DNA of 64,000 nt from Planctomycetota bacterium (GTDB taxonomy: Bacteria > Planctomycetota > B15-G4), in NCBI GenBank assembly GCA_965248575.1, contig CBDFJQ010000002.1, forward strand, positions 1,664,001 through 1,728,000, read 5' to 3'. Below are positions 10,117 to 20,548 of the stretch, one piece after another. Numbering within the stretch: position 1 is the stretch's first letter; every line of letters starts with the position of its first letter. The notes beneath the pieces were generated by a model. That model was not told the origin of the DNA. It saw only the letters and a program-made list of their open reading frames with translations, and ran no database searches. Both the position numbers and the translations under genes were made by a program.

Positions 10117-11649
10117 TTGACGAAGGCACGTGTTGTCGCCGCTGCCATCCTGCTGCTGTCCCTACGCCTCGCCGCGGCGGTGAGGCTCGACCTGTTTGGG
10201 GATGAGGCCTTCTATTGGCAGTGCTCCAGGCAACTCGATTGGGCCTACGCAGACCACCCGTTCATGACCGCAGGCCTGGTGAGGTTGGGCACGGCGCTCT
10301 TTGGCGACAGCCCCCTGGGAGTGCGAAGCCTCTTCCTGCTCCTGGGCTGTCTCATCGCGCCGCTGACGTATGGCCTGGCGCGTCTCATGGTGGACGACCG
10401 GAAGGCCCTCTGGTCGGCAGCGCTCTCGCTGCTCCTGCCCGGCTCTGCGTTGGTCGGCGCCCTGGCCACGCCGGACGTCCCCCTGCTCGTGTTCGGACTG
10501 CTCCAGTTGGTGTTCTTGATACGCGCGCTGCGATCGCCGCCCGACTCTCTGGGGGCCTGGCTCCTCGTCGGGCTCAGCACGGCCCTGGGGCTCGCGACCC
10601 ACTACCGCTTCCTGGTGCTGCTGGCTTGCTGTGGCCTGAGCCTGCTGCTCAGCAATCAGGGCCGGGCCAGGCTCCGGACCCCCGGACCGTGGCTCGCAGC
10701 AGCCCTGGCTGGCCTCGGGCTGCTGCCCGTGTTGATCTTCAACCAAGCGAACGACTATCGCCCGCTGCTGTACCAGTTCGGTGAACGCCATGCTTCGGCC
10801 GCCGGGGTCCTGGGCATTGGCAAGCATGTCCTGCTCCAGGCGATCGTCGTCAGCCCGGCACTCTATGTGGTCCTGCTCGCAACGCTGGGGGAAACGTGGC
10901 GCAGGGCTCGGGAGAGACCACAGGCCGACGTGCTCCTGATCTACTCGGCGCTTCCCCTGGGAATCTATGCCCTCGCCAGCCCCTTCTCGGACTCCAGCCA
11001 CGATAGCGCGCAATGGCCGCTGCATGCGTACCTTCCCCTGCTCGTCTTTGCGCCGAACGTCCTGCAGCACTGGAAGATCGCCCTCGGTTGGCGACCCTGG
11101 ATCGCCCGCGCAGCGCCGAGCCTTGCTGCACTGCTGCTGCTGGGCATTGCCGTTGAGTTGGGGACCGGCTGGTTGGGACTCCGTTTCCTCTCCCGCCCCT
11201 TTGCCGGCTGGAGCGACATCGGTCAGCGTGCCGCAGCCTTGCTCGACGAAGCGCAGAGCTCAGGCGAGCAGCCCCCTTGGATCGTCTGCGATCACTACGT
11301 CCTTGCAGCCGAGGTGGACTTCGCATTGCAGTCAGCACATCCGGTCTACGTTCTCGATCACGAACGCAACGCGGACCACGGCCGGGCTCTGCAATACGAA
11401 CTCTGGGGCAAGCGCCTCCCCGATCTCGTAGACCATGCGGGTCAGGAAGTCCTGATCCTCGTCGAGATCACGGAGACGGGCTACGGCGAACGGGACGCCT
11501 GGCGCAGCGCCATCGAAGCCTGCTTCGAGGAATTCCAGCTGATCGAGAAGGTGGAGATCCCGCTCGAACGGAAACCTCGGAGGGTGGAGTTCTACCGAGG
11601 CCTCGTTCGCACGGGCGCTGACCTCAGCAGGACCAGCTCCGAGCCCTAG
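10117..11649 (+). CDS. GT-C fold polytopic glycosyltransferase (GT39/ArnT-PMT-like)
   Basis: 'DEAFYWQCSRQLDWAYADHP', 'TPDVPL', many TM helices. TTG 10117 follows GAGGAG. Confidence 0.88.
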   Translation: MTKARVVAAAILLLSLRLAAAVRLDLFGDEAFYWQCSRQLDWAYADHPFMTAGLVRLGTALFGDSPLGVRSLFLLLGCLIAPLTYGLARLMVDDRKALWSAALSLLLPGSALVGALATPDVPLLVFGLLQLVFLIRALRSPPDSLGAWLLVGLSTALGLATHYRFLVLLACCGLSLLLSNQGRARLRTPGPWLAAALAGLGLLPVLIFNQANDYRPLLYQFGERHASAAGVLGIGKHVLLQAIVVSPALYVVLLATLGETWRRARERPQADVLLIYSALPLGIYALASPFSDSSHDSAQWPLHAYLPLLVFAPNVLQHWKIALGWRPWIARAAPSLAALLLLGIAVELGTGWLGLRFLSRPFAGWSDIGQRAAALLDEAQSSGEQPPWIVCDHYVLAAEVDFALQSAHPVYVLDHERNADHGRALQYELWGKRLPDLVDHAGQEVLILVEITETGYGERDAWRSAIEACFEEFQLIEKVEIPLERKPRRVEFYRGLVRTGADLSRTSSEP

Positions 11650-11652
11650 GGT

Positions 11653-14600
11653 TCAGTAGGTCGTACGCAAGCGGACGTAATCCGCCTGGGGGCGATAACT
11701 GTCGACGCCGAACGGGTAGTTGATGACGTCCGCACCCACGTCGAAGACCATGCGGAAACGCACCAATGGCATGCCCGAGAGATCGGTCAGGTCCGGCACC
11801 CAAGCCGTGAGTGTGGTGGAATCCGGCACATGCGAACCCGGCCGCACAGCGTAGGCAGCCTGGAACTCCAAGGTCACCGTGGAATTGTTCGAGACCACGT
11901 TCGCCTCGTTGAAGTCCGGCGAGTCGACCTTGATGTCGTTCTTGGGAACACCCGCCAAACCATCCAAGGTGGGGTTGCCCACGGTGTCCTGCACGGGCTT
12001 CAGCGGCTTCCCGGGAATCGACCCCGAAGAGAGAATGACCTGGCCTTCCTTGCCGGGCGGAACGGGGACTCCCGCTGACGCGTGGTAGGTGCCCTTGACC
12101 GCCTCGAAGAAGGGCGGCGGACGTCCGCTGCCATCACGAACGCGCACGGCAACGCCGTTGAAGTCCAACCAACGCGAGACACCCACGCTCGTCGTTCCGA
12201 AGGGAGGCGGTGTCAGGTCCGGATGCACAACCGGCAAACGATTGATCAGGTTGGCGGGGTCGAACACCTGCTGGCCCCCCGCCGTCACCATGGGAACCGT
12301 TCCGCCTGGCTCGTCCAGGGCGATGGGCATGGGCAGGTCGGAACCCACCGGGTAAAGCGTCCCGGGCGGCATGTTGTTCGGGTTCGTTTCCTTCATGGTG
12401 AGGGGATCGAAGCCGTCGTAGGTCTCCAACAACACCTGCGGCGCCGGGTCCCGGACCACGACTTCGCCCTGTGACAAGGGCCCGCTGGTCATGGTCGTGT
12501 CGGCCCAGAACTTGCCTGAGCCCACGGGGAACTCATTGATGAGCCCCTGGCCATCGTCACCATCCGTGCTCGAGATGATGGGTGGGTAGGAGCCGTTGAG
12601 CACGTAATAGCGATTGACGGCGTTATCCGGCTTGTACTGCCGATAGTCCAAGAGATCCACGTAGCGCAGCTGGTCCACGATCTTGTTCGGATCGAACGGG
12701 GCGGTGAAGTCGCCGTGCTCCTTCTGGAAGGAAGCACCCAGGTTCCAGCCGCCGTACTTGGCGACCGAGCGCTGCCATGCGAACAGGAAGGCGCCCTCTT
12801 CCACCACGGGCTTCGTGCCGTTGCCGGTCTGGAGCTGGATCAGGCCGAAACCACCCTGGCCGCCATCGCTTCGAGACCAGTCGCCCGTGAAGAGCTTGAG
12901 GTCGTAGTCCATGCTCGGCGTGAGCGTCTGTGCATCGCGGCCAAATCCACCGGAGACATCCAGGCCCGCACCCTGGTCGCCACTCTTGTCGATGAAGTTC
13001 GCCGAGAGGTGGGATGGATCCGCCTCGATGGTGATTCCCTCCGCGGCCTGCAGCAGGATCGCTCCACCGCTTCCGCCACCACCACCGCCGCCGACGTTGC
13101 TGTTCTGCACCACCTCGCCGCCGCCACCGCTTCCGCCGCTGGCATCAATGTGCCCGGTGCGGCTCACCAAGATGGAGGTGAAGGAACGAATCTCGACGCC
13201 GCCGCCACCGCCACCACCGCCGCCACCCTTGCCGTCAAACAGGCTGGGCGCGAAGTAGGTGTTGTTGATGAACAGTGCCGGAAAGAAGGGAGGTGCCGGA
13301 GGCGGAACGGGCAAGCCCGTCGGCCCGACGCCCCAGATTCCGTGTTGCAAGCTGTCGAGACGGCTTCCACCACCGCCACCGCCCTGCCCACCGAGCAGGA
13401 AGGGGATCTCGCCTGTGGCCCCAATGAAGTCGTTGTTGGGGTTACCGTCCGCAAAGACGAGGTCGCCCGGCAAGCCACCCGGCTTGAAGCGGTTGGGAGC
13501 GGTGCGATCACCGTCCATGTAGACGCACTGCAACGGCGGCGGCGGAGGCGTGAAACCTTGCGCACGGCGCTCCTCGTTACCGTAGGTCGCATCGTCGATC
13601 TTGTTGTTGGTCGCGCACTTCGAGAAGGGGAAATAGGTACTGCTGCTCTGGACGAAGTAGGCCCCCGTTCCTTCGTGGGCCTGCTCGCCTCGGAAGTAGT
13701 ACGTGCCACCACCACCACCTGGCGGACGGTGATGCTCAGAGTTGGGCACCGGTCCAGCTGGCAGAGCGACACCGGTCTTGGGGAAACCTGCAGCGTTCGG
13801 GTCATAGCCCGCCGTCACCAAGCCGCCGTGCCCGCCGATCTCCTGGAAGCTCACCGTGCCTTCGCTTCCAATCACGGGACCCAGGCCACGCTGGGCACGC
13901 TCCGGGCTCACGAACTGGTCGAGAGTGCCGGCGCCGTTGGGATCAAACAGAGACGGCTGTGCATCGCCACCTCGACCTCCGCCCGCCCCGCCGGGACCGC
14001 CGCGAACCGGCAGGAAACCGGAATCAAAGCTGTCGTCGCCCAGGCCATTCGTACCGGAGACATCGAGAATGCCGTGAATCTCGACCTTGCCAACAGCGGT
14101 GATCCGCAGCGGCTTCGAGCCCTTGGCCACCACGTGCACGCCTTCCGGGATGATGAAGTCCCGGAAGACGAAGTGCCCGCCCAACACGGTCACGTTCCCA
14201 AGCGCACCGGGCGTCGCACCCGACGGCAAGGGGAACTGCTGGACGTCCGTGTCCAGCAAGATCACCTCGAAGTTGGTCTGGGTCAGATCCAGCAGGCTCT
14301 CCGCGTGATCGGTGACGAGGTGCGCCCCAACCCACGGCAACTTGGCCCGGAGATAGGCCTTGCTGGGATCGAAGTTGCTAGCAGCCTGGGGCAGGAAGTC
14401 TCCCAACTGCGCAGACTCAGCCACGCCAACAGAAGCGCGCAGTCCACTCGTCGTGCCGCCGCCCGGAATGGAGAGCGCCCATTCGGCCTTGGGGTTGTCG
14501 CTCAACACGCCCTCGTCCTCGAAGACGACTGAGTCGAACTCCTCGAGGAAGACGTCGTCGATGGCGGCGGCAGGGCCCGCCGTGGGATCCGCGGTGCGCA

Positions 14601-16611
14601 CGCTCAACATGGCCTTGGCGCCGATCGGGGTCCGGGGGTCGCCCAGGTCGGCGTTCACCTCGCTCGTTCCAGCCAAGGACGTGAAGTTGTTGCGCTGGTA
14701 GAGAGTCAGGTCGGCACCCACGGGCAAGATGCCCTGGGCCGTGATCAAGACGGTGGCCCCGCTCGCGGAGTTGGAGGTCAGGCCGACATCCGTGTCGATC
14801 AGCATCGTGCCCACCGAGAGCGCCTTGGCCGGGCTGAGACCATCCGGAAACGACGCCAACGGCAAACCGAATGCAGCGACATCCGAGATGGCCACCCCCG
14901 TCTTGCCCAGGCTGAGGTCGACCCGGTCGATGGTGTCGTCGGATCGGTTGAGTGCCAAGACCTCCGTCTCGGACACGAACTCGATGGCCGAGTAGGCCGA
15001 TGTCAGGCCGAGCACCACGTCGACCGCATCGCCGCTAAAGACACCCTCGCCGCTGCCGAACACGCCGTTCAGATCCAGATCGATGGGCGAAAGCCTCAAG
15101 ATGGACGGGAAGCTCTCGCCACCCACGGTGGCCAGGGCGTACAGAATGCCGGATGGAGCCTGAGCGAGATCGTGCAGCTCCGAAACGGCCCCGGGCCAGA
15201 CGTCGCTCATGAAGCCTGTGACGCCATCGCCCAGCGTCACACTCGTGAGCAAGGGCGCAAGAACGCTGGGTGATGCAGGGCTGTAGCGACGGCGAACGAT
15301 GTCCGGCATCAGCTCGTAGATCCGTGCGGTGGTCTGATCGAAGCCCACCAGGCGACCGTCGAGCAAGCTGGTGATGCCCACCAGGTCGTCGAGCCCCGTG
15401 TCCACGAGCGCAGGTGTCGCCGCCCCACCGTCCAGCGCCATGGCAGCAGCGCTCGGATCGCCCAGGACGTGGTCGGCAACACTCAGGAAATCGTTGCCAC
15501 CATCCATCTTGAACAGCGTGAACAGCAGCGAGGCATCGCGACCTGAAGCCAGGCCATCGGGGGCCGTGGACAGGCCTGCGTCCGGCGTTGGCAAGCCTCC
15601 ATCCAGGCTCCCGTGCAGGAACACATCGGATCCATCGGGTGCACCCACACCAGCGTCCGTACTGTCAAAGCCGGACAGGGCGGGGAAGGCCGCATGCGTG
15701 CCCAAGGCGTCTTGCGGAATGGTGTGGGACACCACAACCGGCGTCGCCCGAGCCGACAGGAAGAAGCTTGTCTCGATGGCACCGTCACCGTCGAGGTCGG
15801 AGCCCATGATGTTGGCCTGGGTCGGCAGCACCGGGCGGTCGAAGGTGAGCTCGAACTCACCCGGGCCCGTGGGAAACAAAGGCGTGCTCGAACCCAAGGC
15901 CATGGTCGCGAAAGTACCCGGCTGGAAATCTGTCGCGCCATCCGTCGGCACGGCCGCGGTCAGGGCCGGCGGATCCGAAGCCGCAGGATCCGAGGGGTAG
16001 AAGGCTGCGGGGTTCGACGTCAGGCCGAACTTGACCTCGTTGCTCACCCCCCCGAAGTCGGTGTTCAGGTTGTCGATCTTCGTGCCGACGGCGGCGCTCA
16101 CACGCGCCGTGTAGGTGGAGGCCGGCAGGAAGCCTGGGACGGCGGCCGGCGGAGCCGACAACGTCACCTGCAACGGGGCCGTCGGAATGAAGGGCCGGAA
16201 CTCGACGTCGTTGCCTACCAGGGTGTAGGTGCCCTTGGCTGGGATGATCGGAGAGCCCGCCAACGCACCGGCGTCTGGAGTCACCTCCGAGGGCGTGGTG
16301 AACACGGGCAGGCTGAGGGAATCAAAGGGCCCAGACGGCTCGTCGTCGAACTTGAAGATGACCGTGACGTTCAGACCGGCGCCAGGCGTGGTCGGCACCG
16401 TGGAGTTGTCCTCCATCGGCGGGGTTGTCGTGAGCACCCCATCGCCAAACCGGAAGGCGAAACCCGTGAATTTGACGGCAGCACCGGCACCGGGCCCGGG
16501 CCCACCCTTACCACCACCGCCTCCGCCACCCCCCCCGCCACAGGCGGGAAGGCCAACAAGGAGAACGGAAGCAAGCAGTAGGATCGAGGCGGGGCGTGCC
16601 AGTTGCACCAT
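11653..16611 (-). CDS. Giant (1652 aa) surface lipoprotein with Ig-like domains, a propeller-like insert and a polyglycine-rich domain
   Basis: Lipobox 'LPAC' (Cys24) followed by a Gly run; Ig-like motifs 'VIFKFDDE...VEFRP...LPASTYT' and 'ELTFDRPV'; Gly runs alternating with beta strands in the C-terminal half. Confidence 0.8.
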   Translation of the reverse strand: MVQLARPASILLLASVLLVGLPACGGGGGGGGGGKGGPGPGAGAAVKFTGFAFRFGDGVLTTTPPMEDNSTVPTTPGAGLNVTVIFKFDDEPSGPFDSLSLPVFTTPSEVTPDAGALAGSPIIPAKGTYTLVGNDVEFRPFIPTAPLQVTLSAPPAAVPGFLPASTYTARVSAAVGTKIDNLNTDFGGVSNEVKFGLTSNPAAFYPSDPAASDPPALTAAVPTDGATDFQPGTFATMALGSSTPLFPTGPGEFELTFDRPVLPTQANIMGSDLDGDGAIETSFFLSARATPVVVSHTIPQDALGTHAAFPALSGFDSTDAGVGAPDGSDVFLHGSLDGGLPTPDAGLSTAPDGLASGRDASLLFTLFKMDGGNDFLSVADHVLGDPSAAAMALDGGAATPALVDTGLDDLVGITSLLDGRLVGFDQTTARIYELMPDIVRRRYSPASPSVLAPLLTSVTLGDGVTGFMSDVWPGAVSELHDLAQAPSGILYALATVGGESFPSILRLSPIDLDLNGVFGSGEGVFSGDAVDVVLGLTSAYSAIEFVSETEVLALNRSDDTIDRVDLSLGKTGVAISDVAAFGLPLASFPDGLSPAKALSVGTMLIDTDVGLTSNSASGATVLITAQGILPVGADLTLYQRNNFTSLAGTSEVNADLGDPRTPIGAKAMLSVRTADPTAGPAAAIDDVFLEEFDSVVFEDEGVLSDNPKAEWALSIPGGGTTSGLRASVGVAESAQLGDFLPQAASNFDPSKAYLRAKLPWVGAHLVTDHAESLLDLTQTNFEVILLDTDVQQFPLPSGATPGALGNVTVLGGHFVFRDFIIPEGVHVVAKGSKPLRITAVGKVEIHGILDVSGTNGLGDDSFDSGFLPVRGGPGGAGGGRGGDAQPSLFDPNGAGTLDQFVSPERAQRGLGPVIGSEGTVSFQEIGGHGGLVTAGYDPNAAGFPKTGVALPAGPVPNSEHHRPPGGGGGTYYFRGEQAHEGTGAYFVQSSSTYFPFSKCATNNKIDDATYGNEERRAQGFTPPPPPLQCVYMDGDRTAPNRFKPGGLPGDLVFADGNPNNDFIGATGEIPFLLGGQGGGGGGSRLDSLQHGIWGVGPTGLPVPPPAPPFFPALFINNTYFAPSLFDGKGGGGGGGGGGVEIRSFTSILVSRTGHIDASGGSGGGGEVVQNSNVGGGGGGGSGGAILLQAAEGITIEADPSHLSANFIDKSGDQGAGLDVSGGFGRDAQTLTPSMDYDLKLFTGDWSRSDGGQGGFGLIQLQTGNGTKPVVEEGAFLFAWQRSVAKYGGWNLGASFQKEHGDFTAPFDPNKIVDQLRYVDLLDYRQYKPDNAVNRYYVLNGSYPPIISSTDGDDGQGLINEFPVGSGKFWADTTMTSGPLSQGEVVVRDPAPQVLLETYDGFDPLTMKETNPNNMPPGTLYPVGSDLPMPIALDEPGGTVPMVTAGGQQVFDPANLINRLPVVHPDLTPPPFGTTSVGVSRWLDFNGVAVRVRDGSGRPPPFFEAVKGTYHASAGVPVPPGKEGQVILSSGSIPGKPLKPVQDTVGNPTLDGLAGVPKNDIKVDSPDFNEANVVSNNSTVTLEFQAAYAVRPGSHVPDSTTLTAWVPDLTDLSGMPLVRFRMVFDVGADVINYPFGVDSYRPQADYVRLRTTY

Positions 16612-17026
16612 GCCATCACTCCGGGGTCGGGAGGGGCCTGACGAACTGAGCCCTGGGAGGAGGAAAGGCTCAGATCGGGACCACAGGTATGAATCGGACT
16701 ATCTTACACAGATCGGGATGTGACGATCCGTGCCGACTATTACAAACACTTCGATTTGGGCGATTCGAGTGGCGATTCGCAGGGTCTCCGTTCCGCCACC
16801 CGGCTAAGCAGCCGGGTGCTCCTACGGCGCCTCCAACTGACACGAGCATCCACTGATGTTGGCCGGGTGGCACGACCGCTTCAGAACGACCCCAGAACGC
16901 TACTTTGGGGGCCAGCGGGGGGCCGGGGATGCCACATCAGCCCCACCTGCGGCGAGGAATCGCCGCCACGATCAGTAGCCCCTCGTCGATCGACTGACCG
17001 ACGACTGGGGAGGAGCCCCGAAGGGC

Positions 17027-17103
17027 TGGTACACCCGGCAGGATTCGAACCTGCGACCTCCTGCTCCGGAGGCAGGCGCTCTATCCAGCTGAGCTACGGG
17101 TGC
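17027..17103 (-). tRNA. tRNA-Arg (anticodon CCG)
   Basis: Cloverleaf GCACCCG...CCTGC-CT-CCG-GA-GCAGG...GGTTCGAATCC...CGGGTGT-A-CCA; CCA is encoded. Confidence 0.97.
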
Positions 17104-17143
17104 CCGTGAGAAGCGTCTGATGATCCGGGGCCGAAGCGGAGCG

Positions 17144-17515
17144 TCAAGGGGCGGCTTCGAAGGAGCTGGAGTTCTCTTCCCCCGGCCCCTCACTCCTGGA
17201 GCCGTCCTCGGGCAGGACCTCTGGCAGAACCGGCGCCACGACTTGCATCAGCTGGTCCACTGACAGAACACCCGTCTGGAGGCCTGACTCGCTGGTCACC
17301 AGCACGTTTGGGCCGGTGGCACAGCTGTCCAGGCAGGTGCATCCGCAGAGCTGAAACGAGCGATCCGGGCCGGATGGCGCCATCGTCAGGCGCCCCTGCC
17401 GGAGCAACGCCTCGCCTCCTCTTTCCGAGCAGGAGGGCCCCTGGCAGATGAACACCACCCCCCGCTCGGGGGGCTGGCCCTGATCGCGATCCTGAGTGGT
17501 CGGTCGCAGCGGCAT
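17144..17515 (-). CDS. Thioredoxin-like [2Fe-2S] ferredoxin-domain protein
   Basis: 'FICQGPSC...TCLDSCATGPNVLV' Cys pattern. ATG 17515 lies 4 nt after the leuS stop, with GAGG upstream. Confidence 0.75.
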   Translation of the reverse strand: MPLRPTTQDRDQGQPPERGVVFICQGPSCSERGGEALLRQGRLTMAPSGPDRSFQLCGCTCLDSCATGPNVLVTSESGLQTGVLSVDQLMQVVAPVLPEVLPEDGSRSEGPGEENSSSFEAAP

Positions 17516-17519
17516 CCTC

Positions 17520-19970
17520 TCAGCGCACCTTGACCACGAAGTTGAGAATCCGCCCGGGCACGGCGATGACCTTGACCACATCGCCCTGGGAGAGCAGCTG
17601 GGCGATGCCCCCATCCTCCCGGGCGCACGCTTCCAGTTGGGCGGCATCGGCATCGGCGGGCATCTTCAGCACGGTCCGTACCTTCCCGTTGATCTGCACC
17701 GGCACGTCCACCGTGTCTTGCTGCAGCAGCGACTCATTCAGCTCTGGCCACGCCTGCCAACTCAGCAACTCGTCCTGGCCGAGCACCGCATGCAGCTCTT
17801 CAGCGATGTGGGGTGCATAGGGCTCGAGCATGGTGAGGAACGGAACCGCCAGGCGACGTGGCATACGCCCCCCGTCGCGAGTCAGCACGTTCACGCATTC
17901 CATCATCGCGCTGATGGCCGTGTTGAAGGACAGGTTCTCCGTGTCGGAGGTCACGCGCTTCAGGGTTCCATGGAACGCCCGCAGGGCTTCGTCCGACGGC
18001 TCGGCGTCGTCCACGACCAGCTCGCCTTCCAGGCCGATGAAGAGTCGCCAGACCCGCTTCAGGAAGCGGTGCGTTCCGTTGAGCCCGCTCGTCTGCCAGG
18101 GCTTCGTCGCCGTCAGCGGGCCCATGAACATCTCGTAGAGCCGGAACGCATCCGCGCCGAAGCGCTCGACGATCTCGTCCGGGTTGATCACGTTGCCACG
18201 GCTCTTGGACATCTTCTCGCCGTCCTCGCCCAGGATCATTCCCTGGTTGAGCAGCTGCCCGAAGGGTTCCTTGGTGCTCACGACTCCGGCATCAAACAGC
18301 ACCTTGTGCCAGAAGCGTGCGTAGAGCAGGTGCAAGACGGCGTGCTCGGAACCGCCGATGTAGAGGTCGACCGGCATCCAGTACTTCTCCAGCTCGGGGT
18401 CCACGAGCTGCTGGTCGTTGGCCGGGTCGATGTAACGCAGGTAGTACCAACAAGACCCCGCCCACTGGGGCATCGTGTGGGTCTCACGCAGCACGGCTTC
18501 ACCGCTGGCGGGGTCGGTCGTCTCGACCCATTGCGTGACGGCCGCCAGGGGGGATTCCCCCGTGCCGGAAGGCTGGTAACGCTCCACCTCAGGCAGGCGA
18601 ACCGGCAGCTCGGATGCAGGCACCGTGCTGACACGGCCGTCGGCATGGTGCAGGAGCGGAAAGGGCTCGCCCCAGTAGCGCTGCCGGCTGAACAGCCAAT
18701 CGCGCAGCTTGGTGTGGACTGCGGCGACGCCCTTGCCTTGCTCCTCCAACCAGGCGATCACCTTTCGCTTGGCCTCTTCGGCCGACAGGCCATCGAGGAA
18801 CCCGCTGTTGACCGCCAGACCACCCTCAGTCCACGCCTCTGCCTGCGGATTGCCCCCGGAGATCACCTCCACGATGGGCAGGCCGTAGACCTGAGCAAAC
18901 TCGTGGTCCCGCTCGTCGTGCGCCGGAACGGCCATGATGGCACCGGTGCCATAACCCATCATGACGTAGTCGGCGACCCAGATCGGCAAGGACTCACCGT
19001 TCACGGGGTTGATGGCGAAGGCGCCCGTGAACACGCCCGTCTTCTCGCGCTGCAACTGGGTGCGTTCGAGATCGCTCTTGGAGGAGGCGGCGTCGCGGTA
19101 CGCCTCCACGGCTGCACGCTGTTCGTCCGTCACGAAGGCATCGAGGGACGCGTGTTCTGGAGCGACCACCATATAGGTGGCGCCGAACAAGGTGTCGGGG
19201 CACGTGGTGAACACTCGCAACGGCTCACCTGCATGGCCCTGCACGACGAAGTCCACTTCTGCGCCCGTGCTGCGTCCGATCCAGTTGCGCTGCATGTCCT
19301 TCACGTGCTCAGGCCAGTTCAGGTCATCCAGGTCGTCCAGCAAGCGGTCGGCGTATTCGGTGATGCGCAGCATCCACTGTTTCATGGGCCGTCGGATGAC
19401 TGGGTGCCCGCCCACCTCGCTCTTGCCGTCCACCACCTCTTCATTGGCGAGCACCGTGCCCATCTCCGGGCACCAGTTGACGGGGATCTCGGCCTGGTAG
19501 GCCAGACCCTTCTCGTAGAGCTTCAGGAAGATCCACTGTGTCCAGCGGTAGTAGGCAGGATCGGTGGTGTTGACCTCCCGATCCCAGTCGTAGCTGAACC
19601 CCAGGGACTGCAGCTGGCGGCGAAAGTTCTTCACGTTCCTGGCCGTGGTCTTGGACGGGTGCACGCCGGTCTTCAGGGCGTACTGTTCGGCAGGCAGGCC
19701 GAAAGCGTCCCAACCCATGGGGTGCAGCACGTTGAAGCCCAAGTGGCGTCGAAAACGCGCCACGATGTCCGTGGCCGTGTAGCTGAGGGGGTGTCCGACG
19801 TGCAGCCCCTCCCCGCTGGGGTACGGGAACATGTCCAGCACGTAGTACTTGGGAAGGCTCAGATCGCCCCTGGCGGCGAATGTCTTCTCCTTCAACCAAC
19901 GTGCCTGCCAGCGGGCCTCCAGGGCCTGGTGGTCGTAGGTGCCCGTCTTGTCGTCTTGCGTTGTGGTCAC
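17520..19970 (-). CDS. leuS: Leucyl-tRNA synthetase
   Basis: '[14 protein letters not shown]' (HIGH), 'KMSKS', editing domain '[15 protein letters not shown]'. GTG 19970 follows GAGAGG. Confidence 0.98.
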   Translation of the reverse strand: MTTTQDDKTGTYDHQALEARWQARWLKEKTFAARGDLSLPKYYVLDMFPYPSGEGLHVGHPLSYTATDIVARFRRHLGFNVLHPMGWDAFGLPAEQYALKTGVHPSKTTARNVKNFRRQLQSLGFSYDWDREVNTTDPAYYRWTQWIFLKLYEKGLAYQAEIPVNWCPEMGTVLANEEVVDGKSEVGGHPVIRRPMKQWMLRITEYADRLLDDLDDLNWPEHVKDMQRNWIGRSTGAEVDFVVQGHAGEPLRVFTTCPDTLFGATYMVVAPEHASLDAFVTDEQRAAVEAYRDAASSKSDLERTQLQREKTGVFTGAFAINPVNGESLPIWVADYVMMGYGTGAIMAVPAHDERDHEFAQVYGLPIVEVISGGNPQAEAWTEGGLAVNSGFLDGLSAEEAKRKVIAWLEEQGKGVAAVHTKLRDWLFSRQRYWGEPFPLLHHADGRVSTVPASELPVRLPEVERYQPSGTGESPLAAVTQWVETTDPASGEAVLRETHTMPQWAGSCWYYLRYIDPANDQQLVDPELEKYWMPVDLYIGGSEHAVLHLLYARFWHKVLFDAGVVSTKEPFGQLLNQGMILGEDGEKMSKSRGNVINPDEIVERFGADAFRLYEMFMGPLTATKPWQTSGLNGTHRFLKRVWRLFIGLEGELVVDDAEPSDEALRAFHGTLKRVTSDTENLSFNTAISAMMECVNVLTRDGGRMPRRLAVPFLTMLEPYAPHIAEELHAVLGQDELLSWQAWPELNESLLQQDTVDVPVQINGKVRTVLKMPADADAAQLEACAREDGGIAQLLSQGDVVKVIAVPGRILNFVVKVR

Positions 19971-20181
19971 TGAGCCTCTCGCGTGTAATCCGACCACAAT
20001 ACCCAGGCGCGGGCCCCGGGTCCCAGCAGCAGCCTGACCGAGGCAGAAAAGCCTTGATGGACCGGGGACCCGTCTCCTACCGTCTCTGCCCTTCGGAGTC
20101 AGCGTTCGTGGTTGGCACGACCCTCGTCCCGCAGGGGCTGGGTCTGGCAGCTGCGGCACGACTGCGGTAGAGCGTTTCGAT

Positions 20182-20257
20182 GGGCGGTTAGCTCAGCTGG
20201 TAGAGCGTCTGGCTGGCAGCCAGAAGGTCAGGGGTTCGACCCCCCTACCGTCCACCA
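20182..20257 (+). tRNA. tRNA-Ala (anticodon GGC)
   Basis: GGGCGGT/ACCGTCC acceptor stem with the G3:U70 alanine determinant, A73, loop CT-GGC-AG, encoded CCA. Confidence 0.97.
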
Positions 20258-20520
20258 TTTCTTCCGCTCGCGCCCCACGGCCACCTGGGCTGGGCGCTGC
20301 GACGTCGCGCTGACCGGCAGATGCCCCGCCGGCGCCCTCAGGTCTGCCTGAAGCTGCCCCCACAAGGGCCCCAAGACAGCGGTTTGGCGGCCATTCGTCC
20401 GGCAACCACGCCGCCCAGCCTTGTACCTGCTGCAAGCGTCTCGTCCCTCCCGCGCGCGCCCCCCGTGACCGTCATGCGCAGCCCGGCAGGACATATACAC
20501 AGCCATCCATGAAAAAAGCG

Positions 20521-20548
20521 TCAAGTGGTGCCGCGTCATGTCCGACGA
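20521..20548 (+). promoter_or_regulatory. Bipartite motif TCAAG-N15-TCCGACGA (candidate alternative-sigma promoter) upstream of major pilin 1
   Basis: One of six exactly spaced copies; ends 57 nt upstream of ATG 20606. Confidence 0.65.

Noticed and set aside
13070..13400. CCGCCA/CCACCG repeats as a CRISPR array or DNA satellite
   Set aside because: They encode Gly runs with mixed codons inside the giant lipoprotein; there is no repeat-spacer structure and no cas gene.
17496..19973. 825-aa antisense ORF over leuS, and similar ones over clpX, gdh, lolE, the secretin and the giant lipoprotein
   Set aside because: Expected shadow ORFs in high-GC3 genes; no recognisable motifs.
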